Below, one piece after another: positions 1 through 35,132 of a stretch of DNA of 64,000 nt. The stretch is from Mytilus trossulus (Eukaryota). The position numbers and the translations under genes are program-made. Each line of letters begins with the position of its first letter. The stretch's first letter is position 1. Below the pieces are notes generated by a model. The model did not search any database, had not been told where the DNA came from, and saw only the letters and a program-made list of their open reading frames with translations. The stretch lies in assembly GCF_036588685.1 (NCBI RefSeq), contig NC_086377.1:22320001-22384000 (forward strand), given 5' to 3'.

Positions 1-354
1 GAGTGCATTAATCCTCAATTTTTAATGCAAACTCATAAACAAGTAAATTTTAGCTCAAAATGATCTTAATATATTTCTCTTTCACCAAAAGTTTCATTTC
101 TGCCAATTCGTTGGTTAGTTTAAGTAAACAATGACATCAAATGCACTATTTTTTGTCCGAGTAGGCATACTTTCACTTTTAAATTTGAGGGAGTAATTGG
201 TGGTATGACACCTAAATGACATGTGTGAAACGATTCAACTAAAAAAGCACTATTTTACAACAAAACTAATCACGAAAAACAAATATGACAGTTAAGGTAT
301 TCAGTTATCTCTATGCTATGTAACTCATCTTAAAAAAAACCTTGTAATACGTAC

Positions 355-3300
355 GTGACTGTGTTAATGCTGGGATTTGCATATCCTCTGATTTCAGGAA
401 ATATGGTAGAACATCTCTATAACTCCAGCCTGTTGCTCCTTCAGCCGCCCATTCATTATAATCTATAACAGATCCTCTGTGATGAGTGGAATACCCTGTA
501 CTACTACAACCACCAAGTATTTTACCACGTGGCCAATATTCTCGCTTTAATTGTAAAAAAGTCAATTATACATGTAACAAACATAGGTTTTTTTTATCTT
601 AGTGTTTTGAGTTTTGTTTACAAAAAACACAAAAAAAATGTTTCAGCATATGTTTGAAATCAGGAATTATTTAAGCACCAAACTGAAACATATCAATACT
701 AACGTGCAATATGCTGCTAAACAATACATTAAACGAAGGAAAAGAAATACAGAGTATGTCTTGTATGGCATGTCCATTGCTTGTTATGCTTGTTTCTTGT
801 GTGCTGTTTATGTACTTTCCGACTATTTTATGTACTAGATATTTAAACTTGAATCAGTTCGATTCATATACAGATTAGGCAGAGCCTAATAAACAGTTCA
901 GATCTCAATAAAAACACTACTAGTTGTTATAATTAGTGCAAAGATTAGTGTATTGGTGAAAAAAAGGGGGGGGGGTAATTTCATGTGCTCCAGGGGAGGT
1001 GCACTCATTGAACATTATTTATTGTTTGATATTTTAATTATTACCCTGTCGTTCATGGCAAGCCCAGTTCTCTGCTGAGGGACGGAGTAATAGTTCCAGT
1101 CGTCTTGTGTCAGTTGAATGTTTGCGGCATACGCCGGGACAGGAACATTCTCGTTTTCTAAATCAGATCTTCCGGCTTCAACCAACAAAACAGAATCAGG
1201 ACCTTCTGACAAACGGGAAGCTAAAACAGCCCCGGATGTCCCACCGCCAACTATTTAATGCAAAGAAAATCAGTGCAATGATGGTTAATCTTTCTGATTT
1301 GCTGGTATTTTATATCGAGGTATTTCCGAAAACATCAAAACATAAAATTATCTATTATTGCTTACATCCATTTATTTCCACTTTGTTGCTTATGTTTTAG
1401 TTGTGACATTGGCACTAATTCTAAATCATCTCCTTATTTTTATAAAGCTTCATTGTTTAACAAATATGTAATAATGGAAAGACACCATTGTTCCATCCTA
1501 TTTCAACTAATTGTATACATGTATCTTGTTTGTGAAGTAATACATGTAACGAGGAAAGTTCAAACTTTAGTTATATAACAAGAACAGTTTGATCGCTTTG
1601 GATTAAAAGTTATGTTTTTACTGACTATGGTATATACATATAGGATGAAACAATTAAGGGTGTGTGTATGGGGTTTACAAAATACAGAATAGAACAGAAA
1701 CAAGAGGCTCTCAAGAGCCTGAATCACTCACCTTAATTTTTTTGGTTAAATCTCTCATCAATGATTGTTTTGGCTTTTCAATTTATTTAAATGTTCTTTG
1801 AATCGTCCTATTTTCTTCAAAAGCAAAAAAAAAATCGTTTTCTCCTATGTTCTATTTAGCCATAGGAGCTATGTTTCTTGACACACAAGGAAATGAAATA
1901 TAAAATTTATACTAGATACTCTGAAACTCATTTAGCCTAAGTTTGGCTGAAATTGATACAGCAGTTTCAAAGGAGATTTTTTTTAAAGTATGTTAACATG
2001 ATGAACAAATTGTGAAAAAAGTCTTTAAAGGGCAATAACTCCTTAAGGGGTCAAATGACAATTTTGGTCAAATTGACTTATTTGTAGATCTTACTTTGCT
2101 TAACATTTTTGCTATAACAGTTTATCTGTATCTATAATAATATTCAAGATAATAACCAAAAACTGCAAAATTTCTTTAAAATCATCAATTCAGGGGCATT
2201 ATAACTGAAAAACCAGTTACCCAATTCGGCTGAAAATTTCGGACAGGTAGACCTTGACCTAATAAATACTTTAACTTCTTGTCTTATTTGCTCTAAATGC
2301 TGGAGTTTTTGAGATATAAGCGAAAAACCGCATTTTACCCTGTGTTCTATTTTTAGCCAGGACGGCCATGTTTTTGACGAAATAAAATATAAAGCACAGA
2401 TTTTATTTTATACACCCTACTGATCATTCAGTTGAAGTTTGGTTGAATTTGGTTTAGTAGTTTTAGAGGAGAAGATTTTTTAAAGTTAGCAAATTTGATG
2501 AACAAATTGTGAAAAGTTGTCAGTAAAGGACAATAACCCCTTAAGGGGTCAATTGACAATTTTGGTCATTTAACTTTTTTGGAGATCTTATTTTGCTGAT
2601 CATTTTTGCTGTTTAAAGTTTATCTTTATCTATAATAATATTCAAGATAATGACCAAAAACTGCAAAATTTCCTTAAAATTACCAATTAAGTGGCAGCAA
2701 CCCAACAATGGGTTGTTTGATTCATCTAACAATTTCAGGGCTGATAGATCTTGACCTAATGAACATATTTATCCCATCTCAGATTTTCTCTAAATGCTTT
2801 CGTTTTTGAGATATAAGCCAAAAACTGCATTTGACCCCTGTGTTCTATTTTAAGAAACGGCGGCCATGTTTTTTGACGGATCAAAAATCGAAGCGCACAC
2901 TTTGTGCATGATAATCTAAGGAACAATCATGCTAAATTCATCCAAATCCATTCAGTAGTTTCAGAGGAGAAGATGTTTGAAAAATTGTTAACGACGACGG
3001 GCGCCAAGTGATGAGAAAAGCTCACATGGCCTTTTAGACCAGGTGAGCTAAAAATGGGAACATGATGCCGCATAAATGAAAAACAACATAAACAACAAAG
3101 AAAATATCGAGGTACATCAATATAGAATTATATGCAAAAAATTAAGAATACCATCAAATTACTTACAAAAATAAAGAATACAAAAAATGAAGGACTCCCT
3201 TTTTTTCACCTGGGAAATTGTAATGCTGCCGTAAGATCTCAAACATGCCGAAACTCAAGACTGACCAAGGCACCCACTTACAATGGAGCTCAGTTTTTGA

Positions 3301-4204
3301 CATAGTTCAATACATGTTTTGACTTAAGCACAGTGTCGGTTAAAAAAAAATCATTAAATGGGAGGACTGGCTGCTTAAGAGAGGACCCGCATCAGTCATG
3401 TCTCGGTTATTCCCTAACTAATCAAAAGGATAGGGCCTGGCCCCCAAGAAAACCCCTCTAAATTCTTCCCTAGCTGACAAGGCATTATCAAAAAAGACAT
3501 TTGACACACACATATATCAACTATTTTAGCTAAATGAGGTTAGCTCACGTAATTCTGATCAGATGCATACATGTAAAGGTAGAACTACATGTATTAAGGA
3601 AGGTTTTACAAATGTTGCTTTAATGCAAAAACGTAGCCCAAAAAAATAGTAGGAATAAAGAATTTAAAAAACAAATCAATTGTGTTACTGATGTAAATGT
3701 CTTAATAAGAACGCCGGAAACAAATCTTTTTATTGATTAACATTTGTGTCTGATTATTCTAGATTCCGCGAGCAAGGCCACCATTAAGAGATTCTTTGTT
3801 TGACATTGCATATATAGATCTGTGCCTTGTAGGGTTGAGAAGGAAAATTATGATTTCCTTGAAAAGGGGGTGGGCAAGAAAGAGACGATAAAAACTGCAG
3901 AGTCAGGCATTTTATAAGAATTGAACTATTACGGTCATTGCACTTTTTTTTAGTATAGGCTGCTCTTTTAGATGAGTGGATTGGCATCACTAAACAACTT
4001 AAATTTTGTGTTGGTCCTAAACGACTTTGATACAGTTTTACAAATAGATAATGTGGTAGACCTAATTATTAATGATTTACCTATTATATAATCGTACGAC
4101 GGACGAAGTTGTCGTTGTAATGGACGATCATTGCCAAGCTGTGTTACATAATTTGTTAATACGGCTTGTAACGCCATGAAGAACATAGGCGGAATTCGGA
4201 TCAT
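355..4204 (-). CDS. GMC oxidoreductase (glucose/choline dehydrogenase-like), 5' part; gene continues beyond the left edge
   Basis: Exons 4204-4081 (MIRIPPMFF...SYDYII), 1250-1045 (VGGGTSGAVLASRLSE..VLLVEAG..WNYYSVPQ) and 544-355 (REYWPRGKILGGCSS..RG..DYNEWAAEGATGWSYRDVLPYFLKSE). GT-AG junctions have compatible phases. FAD-binding YDYIIVGGGTSG and the GMC-typical WPRGK-LGG and GWSY..VLPYF.KSE motifs are present. Confidence 0.93.
1699..3054. mobile_element. Non-autonomous Helentron-type element (HINE-like) with ~500-bp internal tandem repeat, in a GMC intron
   Basis: Terminal palindrome aggctct-ca-agagcct, sub-terminal ctcacct/aggtgag inverted repeat, two ~500-bp internal units, a (gac)n microsatellite and terminal agctcac..aggtgagct hairpin before an A-run. 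Homologous to 5927-7245. Confidence 0.7.
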
Positions 4205-4264
4205 CTACAAAAGAAATAATTATAACTGTTCAACTTTCTATATATTTCTATCCGTTATCATGAA

Positions 4265-4631
4265 GTAAATAGGTTAGATAGAAAGTGTACTCTTTGTAAT
4301 TTGAATATCACTGAAGATGAATTCCATTTTGTTTTACAATCATGTGAAAGCTATAGAGACTTAAGGAGACAGTTTATTAAACCTTATTATTATAGACGTC
4401 CATCGCCGTTCAAATTAGTGCAACTTCTCAGCACTGAAAATGTAAAAGATTTGAGTAATTTGTGTAAATTCTTGTTTAATGCATATAATCATAGGACCAA
4501 ACTGTTATTGGTCAATACTTGATATTTATTTGCTTCTCTGATGTATTATGTTATGTTGTGTTATAGAAATGTATTTGTATTTATTGCACTGATAAGCATA
4601 ATGTGCTTAAAGTAATAAAGAATTGAATTGA
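4265..4631 (+). mobile_element. 5'-truncated LINE 3' end (CR1/L2-like ORF2 C-terminus)
   Basis: Translates RKCTLCNLNITEDEFHFVLQSCESYRDLRRQFIKPYYY (C-x2-C..EDEFHF..C zinc-binding tail of LINE RT). Followed by aataaa and an (aattg)n tail. Confidence 0.75.
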
Positions 4632-5926
4632 TATACAAATGTATACACAAGTATTAACATGTCTTATTCCAGGTATCCTTTGTCTTATCGTGGAATTTTT
4701 TTTTTTTTTGATTTCTATAGCCTCTCATTATTCTTTATAGAATGACACTTTTATTTTAATTCATGTATTACAAGTAGTGAGACTCTAGTGAAAGATTGGC
4801 TTTGAATCTGTCTTTCCATCATTGGGGCTTCAAGCACTTTGATTATACCTGTATGTCATTAAAAGCTTGGTAATTGAAGGGTATTTTATTTCCTTTAACG
4901 GTATTTAGCGTAAATAATAATATTGCATTCATAATGTTTTAACAATTTTAAAATTATTTTATATACTATTGTTTGCTCTGAAACAAAGTAATAACACTAA
5001 ATGGTTTATGACACTAATTTAGCTTTTCCGCGTGTATTATTTACATTTTATGATCACATGTTAAAAAGTTAATCTGACAAATATAACCATGATAAACGAT
5101 TGACATATTATAATTTGCATAAATAGTAAACTGCAATGTTTTTTGTTCATATATCATGTTTTACAAAAAGGCAAATTAAAGAGTTGGGGTGTGTAGATGG
5201 ACACAAAAGCGTGATATTTAAGCAATTTTAAAGACTTTTCGAATCAAATTCACCACAGTTCAACGACGTTTTTGCTGATACGGACATACGTCACCAATTT
5301 CCTCGAATGTTGTATAAACCAATGACTGCGACACAAAGCAATACAAAAAACAAGACAGATCATAGTTGTACGTACAAAATACTTTTCATTTGATACAAGA
5401 CCGGTTGTTGATTTATTATAGAATATTATGTATAGACTACCATCAAACATACACAAACATGTATCATTTGAACAAGTGCTGCAAGGTTGTTAAACTAGTA
5501 TAGAGTATTATATATAGACTTTAAATTAAATTAATGCCCCAAATTTAGAGAAAGTAATATAGTTTTGTACACTCTCGATTTTTTTTTCGTCACTGCATAA
5601 CAAAATTTATAAAATAAAACACATTTTGCACATGGATTATACAGTTTCATTATTTGCAGATACAACATGTTTTACAGTTGAACTTCAGAGTTAAAATTAC
5701 ATTGAATAAGAATGAATGAGGCTTAATCGTCAGTTAGACAGCAACTCAACGACACAAACACACACAAAAAGAACGAATAGAAAGCTCGAGATCGAGTACT
5801 ATGAAGTGTCAATGAAAGTCTTTGTGAGCTCTTCAATTAGATTTTAACCATCATGCCCTTTTTACACACAACGTGTCAAGACTAAGAACTTGTTTGTTTT
5901 ATTTCAGTAAGATTAATAGGATCTTT

Positions 5927-7245
5927 AAACTAGAGGCTCTAAAGAGCCTGTGTCGCTCACCTTGGTCTATGTGCATATTAAACAAAGGACACAAATGGAT
6001 TCATGACAAAATTGTATTTTGGTGATGGTGATGTGTTTGAAGTTCTTACTTTACCGAACGTTCTTGCTTCTTACAATTATATCTATAATGAACCTTGCCC
6101 ATTAGTAACAGAGAAAAATATTTGGTAAAAATTTACATAAATTTACCGAATTAATGAAAATTGTTAAAAATTGACTATAAAGGGCAATAACTCCTTAAGG
6201 GGTCAATTGACCATTTAGGTCATTTGACTAATTTGTAGATCTTACTTTGCTGAACATTATTGCTGTTTACAGTTTATCTCTATCTATAATAGTATTCAAG
6301 ATAATAACCAAAAACAGCAAAATTTCTTTAAAAATTAACAATTGGAGGGCAGCAAGCCAACAACCGATTGTCCAATTCATCTGAAAATTTCAGGGCAGAT
6401 AGATATTGACCTGATAAACATTTTTATTCCATGTCAAATTTCCTCAAAATGCTTTGGTTTTTGAGTTATAAGCCAAAAACTGCATTTTACCCCTATGTTC
6501 TATTTTTAGCCGTGGCGGCCATCTTGGTTGGTTGACCGGGTCACGCCACACATTTTTTAAACTAGATACCCCAAAGATGATTGTGGCCAAGTTTGGATTA
6601 ATTTGGCTCAGTAGTTTCAGAGGAGAAGATTTTTGTAAAAGATTACTTAGATTTATGAAAAATGGTTAAAAATTGACTATAAAGGGCAATAACTCCTTAA
6701 GGGGTCAATTGACCATTTAGGTCATTTGACTTATTTGTAAATCTAACTTTGCTGAACATTATTACTGTTTACAGTTTATCTCTATCTATAATAATATTCA
6801 AGATAATAACCAAAAACAGCAAAATTTCCTCAAAATTACCAATTCAGGGGCAGCAACCCAACAACAGGTTAACAGATTCATCTGAAAATTTCAGGGCAGA
6901 TAGATCTTGACCTGATAAACATTTTTACCCCATGTCAGATTTCCTCTAAATGCTTTGGTTTTTGAGTTATAAGCCAAAAACTGCATTTTACCCCTATGTT
7001 CTATTTTTAGCCGTGGCGGCCATCTTGGTTGGATGACCGGGTCACGCCACACATTTTTTAAACTAGATACCCCAATGATGATTGTGGCCAAGTTTGGTTT
7101 GATTTGGCCCAGTAGTTTCAGAGGAGAAGATTTTTGTAAAAGCTAACGCCGGACGACGACGGACGACGGACGACGGACGACGGACGCCGGACGCCAAGTG
7201 ATGAGAAAAGCTCACTTGGCCCTTTGGGCCAGGTGAGCTAAAAAA
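5927..7245. mobile_element. Non-autonomous Helentron-type element (HINE-like), second copy
   Basis: Same termini as 1699-3054. Near-identical ~502-bp tandem units starting ~6171 and ~6673, a (ggacgac)n microsatellite at 7151-7190 and a ggccc-ttt-gggcc hairpin. Confidence 0.75.
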
Positions 7246-8114
7246 CAAATAAGAGCAACGAGATCAAACCTACATACATGTATAAGCCTCCCTTGCTGAT
7301 ATCTGCAGTCGACTTGTTATTGCCCTTAAATGATCATTTATGACGTCTGTTTGTCATTTTTTGCAAATTATATATTAAAAAAAACCTAGAATAGACAAAT
7401 AGAAACTGTTAAAAGGAAAATTATCAGCTGGATACGATCTACAAGTATGTCAATATGAATAAAATTGTCATTTACATGTATTTCTTTATAATAAACATTT
7501 CCCTGGGTGAATGATGATTTTCACAAAAGATGCTGTTGTTGGAGATGCAATCTTCAATATTGGCGAGGGTCTATTGTTTTATAAGCACATATAACTAGTT
7601 TAGCGACACATAGATATAAGAACATATCTTATGAGTGCCAATGAAACAACTCTCCATCCAAGTAACAATGTATACAAGTACTACAATTATAGGTCAATTT
7701 ACGGCCTTTAACATTTTTTTTATCATTGATAATTCATGTTATCATTATGTCAGAAGAAATCAAATTCAACACCGTATTTCCACCCGATCGTGTAGACAAA
7801 TCGAACGAACGCCACTCTTATGATGGCTTTTATTGGTTAAATTATGACCTTATCATCAATAAGAAAATAATAATATAAATGCAACTGATTGTTGGTCGAT
7901 TGACAGCCAGTGGCAAATATATCATACATTTTCAGGACGATTTATATATAATTTCAGCAAAACAATCTTAATTTATTTGATAAGTTTAAATAGAAAATTA
8001 AATACAATGACTAATACACATTCGATTACATTTTGAATTTATATGTTAGGAATAGTTTAATTTGATATTTCTATTTAAAAGTATAACAAGTTGAAATAAA
8101 AAAAACCCACTTAC

Positions 8115-8165
8115 CTTTACACACCGCTCTCCCTTTTCTGGCAGTGTTTTCAATTAAAATACTGA
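8115..8165 (-). promoter_or_regulatory. Candidate non-coding first exon/TSS of the GMC gene
   Basis: The GMC ATG is immediately preceded by an acceptor (tttcttttgtag|ATG), so an upstream exon is likely. Here a TCAGT Inr-like motif is followed by a strong donor AAG|gtaagt at 8114. The assignment is inference. Confidence 0.3.
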
Positions 8166-8505
8166 TGGATAATGCATATCGTAATCAAAGAAAAAAATGT
8201 TTTACGCCATCTTATTATGACTGATGTAAAACTTAATTACCATTATTCACAATGAATAATGCAGTTAGAATAAATAAAGGGTCACCTTACAATAGGACAA
8301 AAAAATATATATAGATTTTGAAGCAACCGTTTTGTCATAAAAATTACACTGGTTATATATCAGTTTGACAAACACCAATTTTGATCTTTGAGAAGCTTGA
8401 TGTTCCCTTTACAACACAACGTAATTAAAACGTTTAGCTGACCATACAGAGTTATCTCCCTGGAGTGTTAGGTACCACCTTATTATACAACTTACATCCA
8501 CTTAA

Positions 8506-8778
8506 GGTGGTACCCAACACTTTCACTAAAATTAATTTGGCTCGTTTAATTTTCATAAAATTTTGACAAAGTATTAAATTTGACCCTTTGACAAAAATAT
8601 AAAAATTTAAAAAATTTGGAACCAACCATTTAGTCAGAAAAATTACACTGGTTATATAGCAATTTGACAAACACCAATTTTGATCATTGAGAAGCTTAAT
8701 ATTCCTTTTACAACACAACGTAATTAAAACGTTAAGCTGAATTTACAGAGTTATCTCCCTGTAGTGTTAGGTACCACC
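8506..8778. mobile_element. 273-bp MITE with TTAA target-site duplication (Kolobok-like GG..CC termini)
   Basis: TIR ggtggtacc(c/t)aacac, with TTAA at 8502-8505 and 8779-8782. A partial copy lies directly upstream (~8318-8482), a same-length inverted copy at 40453-40725 and a fragment at ~58180-58330. Confidence 0.8.
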
Positions 8779-9194
8779 TTAATTGAAACTGGTGGATAGT
8801 TTTGAAACATTGACAGTCATACACCATCTCCTTATTTTCATATCGACTATTGTCATCATGGGTATTTTACTAGGCAAAGATTAGATTTTAAAATGCGAGA
8901 CAGGAGTTTTGAGTACAACAAAAGCAGGATGACAATTTACGAGTATGTAAAAAAAGACAGAATAACATAATAAAAAGGCAGGATCGAATAGAGTGAAACA
9001 CAAGGAGACATGACAGCCATTACAACTGGACAACATATCAGGACATTTTTTTGTTTCGAAAATTATAATCTTTAAAAAAATTATCCTTTTGTCTTTTTAT
9101 TTAACCATAACGAGACCATTCGCATTGAATATACAACTCCTGAGTGACAAATTTTGAAAGAAATTTATATATTTTGACAAAATTGATTTATTAA

Positions 9195-9430
9195 TTGTGT
9201 TGGTGTTAAAACGCAACTTTTAAGCGCCACTTTTGGAATATTTCGTGGCGGTAGGTTTTTATGGGTGGAGGAAACCGGGGATGCCCTGAGAAAACCACCA
9301 ACTTTCAATAGGAAAACAAATATTCTTAGTCAATTAAGATTGGACTCCAGTGTACTCGTACGAGCGGGGTTCGAAAACTCAGCGTTGACTGCAATGATAA
9401 CAGTTAAATGTTCTTGGCCACCGAGGCCCC
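9195..9430 (-). mobile_element. tRNA-derived SINE with V-domain-like core (degenerate)
   Basis: Minus-strand head ggggcctcggtggccaag (A box) and ttcgaacccc (B-box-like). Core ggtggttttctcagggcatccccggtttcctccacc resembles the V-SINE domain. Confidence 0.55.
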
Positions 9431-10244
9431 AAATCAAAAAAAAAAATAGTGCTCACAAAACTTGTGTTGCTTAAAACAAAAACGCATAAGAAAATTCTAA
9501 ATTTTTCAATTACACAAATAACTTAACTTGTCAAACATAATTTTTTGATTTATTGAATTCTTAAGACTAATAAACATGATGAAGTATATATAGAAAAAAA
9601 TAAAAAAGTGTGTCAACACTATGGAAAAAAAAAGATAGATGCATGTTAACTTTGAACTTGTCACACTCTTTATATATTGTTATCTAACGTGTATACTGAT
9701 AATTCTATGACAAGAGAAAACAACAATAAATAATGAAAAGTAAACACAATACAAATATTTTACTGTCAGTTAGTAAAAATGTATATTGTGGATTTTAATG
9801 TAAAAATATGTTTATATGTACAGTATATAATATATCTTAAAAGACTCTCATGCATCTTTTTAAGATTGGTGCATGCAATGCAACTGTTTTAAGGTTTAAA
9901 TCTATGTATGTGAATCTCATGTTATACTTGTATGTGGTGAGACTATATTAAAATATTGTAACTGAATCAAATTAATTGTTAACACTTTGTTATAATTGCA
10001 TGTCACCAATTAAGAACTTTTACTTGTAAAGACATTTTCCTAATTTTTAGTAGATTTATGCAACTCCCACATTTTGGCTGTTTATAGATTCTCCCGCTGC
10101 AAATTTGAAAAACTCAACTGTCTTAAATGCGTAATTGTACCACACGTAATGCAGTTGTGGGATCCATGTAAACATTTACATATATGAAGGACTTGTAATG
10201 GCATTTAGAACCGCGGAGGTCAAGTTGATGCTCGAGGTTTTGGC

Positions 10245-10822
10245 GATGAAGTGGGGTTTGATCACGTTAAAGTTGTTTTTTGATATAGCTGCAATGGGTT
10301 TTTGAGCACGCTGAAGTGTGATCTTGCTCAAGTTGAAGTGGAATTGTGATCAAGCTGCAGTAGGTATTTGATCTCGGTGAAGTGGATTTTTGATCACTCT
10401 GAAGTGGTTTTTGGTCACGCTGAAGTAGATTTTTGACATAGCTGTAGTGTGTTTTTGTTCACACTGAAGTGTGTTTTTGATCAAGCTATAGTGGGTTTTT
10501 GATCACGCTGAAGTGGATTTTTGATCACTCTGAAGTTGTTTTTGGTCACGCTGAAGTAGATTTATGACATAGCTGTAGTGTGTTTTTGTTCCCGCTGAAG
10601 TTTTTTTTTTATCAAGCTGCAGTGGGTATTTTATCACGCTGAAGTGGGTTTTTAAATAAAACTAGTGGGTTTTTGATCATGCTGAAGTGTGTTTTTGATC
10701 AAGGTGCAGTGGGTATTTTATCACGCTGAAGTGGGTTTACGAATAAAGCTGCAGTGGGTTTTCATTCACGCTGAAGTGTGATTTTGATCAAGCTTCAAAG
10801 GATAATTCATCACGCTGGAGTG
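10245..10822. repeat. Degenerate minisatellite, ~21-22-bp unit (gctgaagtgggtttttgatcac)
   Basis: Roughly 25 tandem imperfect copies are visible, with higher-order duplication of blocks. Confidence 0.9.
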
Positions 10823-12387
10823 TGTACTGTATTTATTTGGAAATAACAAAATCCATCGTTTAGAAAAAATCCACTGGAAAAATATGCACATAAAATATCA
10901 GCGATACATTCGTTTTATCATATTCTTATAGAAAAAAAAATGATATAATTTAACCCAATGATAAAACTAGCTTTCTACATATATTTAGTCATTTATTTGA
11001 AGAATTGCTGTAGCCGTGTGATATGACTTTTCTTGTTAACTGCTTCCGGTTTATATCAACTGCTTGCGTCTCATATCAATTACTTCCGGTTATTATCGCA
11101 TGCTTTTCTGTAACTTTATCGCATGACATTTCGATTTCAATTTTCAAATTCTGGGAAAAACACCTCATTGATACCTTTTTATTTGTGGGTAAAACATTAC
11201 AAAATATGGATAAAAAAATTAAGAATCAGGAAAATACATTATTTATAAATGCAAAACAAGTATTACAACACATGCAATTTTCTAAAGTTTTAAAAATAGT
11301 TTTCTGTAAATATTCTGCTATGAAGTATACGATGAAACGCAGCAAAAAAAGTACAGAAGATCTTCAATTTCTTAGAAATCGCTGATTAAAAATAAGCGGT
11401 TGGGGGAATTACACCAAAAAGAAGTGACATGTCAGGTCATAATTGTTACCAAATGTAACCATAGGATGCAATAAAATAGTAATTTGTGAGAATTAGGATG
11501 ACATTAAACAATTATTGTGTTTGTCTGTTTGTCTTTTTCATTTTTAGCCATTAAGTTGTCAGTTTGTTTTAGATTTAAGAGTTTGACTGTCTCTTTGGTA
11601 TCTTTCGTCCCTCTTTTAAATAAGATCGTTAAAAATTACCTTGTAGACGTAATGCATGAACGTTCTTTTGAATTGATAAAATTTCCAATGTTCAATGTCT
11701 TGAACTGTGTGTGAACGTTGTTAGTTTTAAGTTTGATTTTTTTAAATCTTTTATGGATGCAAGATTTCAAAGTATTTATGCATATGAAATTGTCACTGTT
11801 ATGTACTTTTACGAAATAACCAATTTATTATGATATTTTAGCGTTAATGTATTTATAAGACTTTTTAAGCCTTTTGCAAGTATCTAATACCATTTTTACT
11901 ACAATCATGTAATATTGTTTGTAAATACTATGATGTGCATTTTGATGACGCAGGAGTCAGTACCCCGCTGGGGCTTGCCCCCGTTGTAAAGGGGTAGTTT
12001 CACAATAAAATATATATATTACATGATTTGTTATTTCCGCATTGATCACACTATTTTTTGTATCGTAGGGCTTTCCTATTCGTCAAAAATGGAGAAGGCC
12101 TGTTGATATCGTATTGCTTTAACATTTACTACATTAAAACATGGCTGTACCAAGTCAAGAGTATGACAGTTGCTGTCTTTTCTTTATCCTCCTCAACATG
12201 TGTACAGAAAAAATAAAGAATAATTTTTTTAGAAGGCTACTTTGGAAAATGTTCGAGTTGTTGACAAAACGTAATTAACAAATACAGAAATCTTCTAATG
12301 GCATACTTTTTACAACAAATGATTTGATGTGGCCTCTAAAATAAATGCAGATTTTGCAAATCTAATGTTCATTAAAACTAATAAATA

Positions 12388-12600
12388 AACTCATCACCAG
12401 TACTAAATTAAATATATACGCCAGATGCGCGTTTCGTCCACAAAGGCTCATCAGTGACACTCGAATCCCGAAAAGTAAAAAAGGCCAAATATAGTACGAA
12501 GTTGAAGAGCATTGAGACCCAAAATTCCTAAAAGTTTTGACAAATACAGCTAAGATAATCTATGCCTGAGGTAGAAAAGCCTTAGTATTTCGAAAAATTC
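12388..12600 (-). mobile_element. Retrozyme family 2 fragment with partly degenerate hammerhead
   Basis: Minus strand gtgtca-CTGATGA-gcctttgtggac-GAAA-cgcgca-TC-tggcgt. Flanks are homologous to 22371-22604. Confidence 0.65.
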
Positions 12601-13889
12601 ATACAACATTATTAATTTGAGAGATAATTTCAATCAACTTAAAAAGAATATACATCTTCCATTATCTTAACAGCACTATTTGTCAAGGGTATTTCAAGGT
12701 TTTTATTCTTACTGATATAGATTACTTCTTCAAAAAATAAATTAGAATGCATTAAACTCTGTAAATGCATTAAGGTAATTCACACAGATGTATGTGCTCC
12801 TGGCTAAATTGGACTTCATATATTGTGTTAGCAACTGTTTTATTGTTTTGTCTTGTTGTAAATATTGTATATAATTGTCGTATATGGTGTATTTAAAATA
12901 AAGATACATATACAATATATTCAATAGTAAACACAGCGGAATGTAATTTTATGCAGAACGTATAAGTAATAATCTTAAAAACATTGTAATTTGCAAGTGA
13001 TCCTGGCTGATGTTTCACTAATAAACGAGAGATAACCCAACGTGAAAATAATCTGTGTTTGAATGATGTTTCGTTTATATACTAGTAAACAATATAAAGT
13101 TTAATTGTTCCAATTACAGAAGATTTTGTATGCCAGGAAAAAATAACCTGGGCTGTTTTTTTGGAAAAAAAACTTTTGTGAATTTGGTCACTTAATGCTC
13201 TTCAACTACGTTCTTTATTTGAAAAATGTTTCTATACGCACATCACTGATGATTCTATTATAATGCTCGTCTGCTGTACAAAACTATAAACCTGGTATCG
13301 TAAATAAAGAAAACGGAAGTAATTGTGGTTTTTTTAAATCCTATAAGTGATACTAGAAGCCAAGTTTTGGGAAGTTCCAAACACAAAGGAACAGAATTAA
13401 TTAGCTATACATAAGGGAGATAAATCTTTAAATTTTCTTTCACATTGGATCTGTATTTTAATTATATTCAGATCGTATTGGTTCAGGGCTTTATTGACTT
13501 TACATATTGTCTATTAAAATTAAAAACATTTTCCAAGAAGATGTTTCAACTACAAAAATGTACCTTCGGCAAAGTTGATCTTAGATGAATTGGGATGTAC
13601 GTAGGTTGTTTGGTCTTTTTGGTCTTTGTTTGTTATCTAGCTCTAGACTTATACATGTTTTTTAATACTCGGCTTCGGGCGTCATGATCAAAGCAAAAAC
13701 ATTTAAATATATGTATTGAATGCTTCTTTTTGTAATTTCATCGGGTGTAAAAGTGGTAAAGGTACCTTACAAAAAAAGTTTCATTTCAATCAAAGTAACG
13801 AGTTTTTCTAAAAAAAACATTTTACTGTTATTCTTTTCATATTGTATTTTTTTTAAATCCTTGAATTTTCTGTTTCTACTCAATGATTA

Positions 13890-34724
<20,835 letters not shown>

Positions 34725-35132
34725 GTCAATAGTTTTATAATAATCCACAGGTTTACAATTATACTAGTATTGTTATGTACCTGTATGATATTGGTAAAGT
34801 AAGATAAGAGGTCATATACATGTCAGTAGAATATTCAAAATCACGAACAATTGTAATACACTGTTATTAGAAGTTTTGTCAATTGTCATGCATGTGTACA
34901 ATACTTTGCACTTATAACATACATGAAATCTGATGTTTTTGACAGCAAAATGTTGCTACAAAGAGAAAAGAGCAAGTTTTGTCGGAGAAACATAACATGT
35001 TAAAAATGACGAAATTATCAATGTTACAAGACAGGTTTATGCAATTCAAATTGATGAGCAAAAATAAATTATACAATTCGTGTCAGTTTGGTATGTTTAA
35101 ATTATTGTTTGCAAATAAAACGGACAACTTAC

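Noticed and set aside
10080-10245. Cys/His-containing minus-strand frame (ICKCLHGSHNCITCG) next to the minisatellite
   Set aside because: Short, closed by stops, with no convincing splice sites or family motif.
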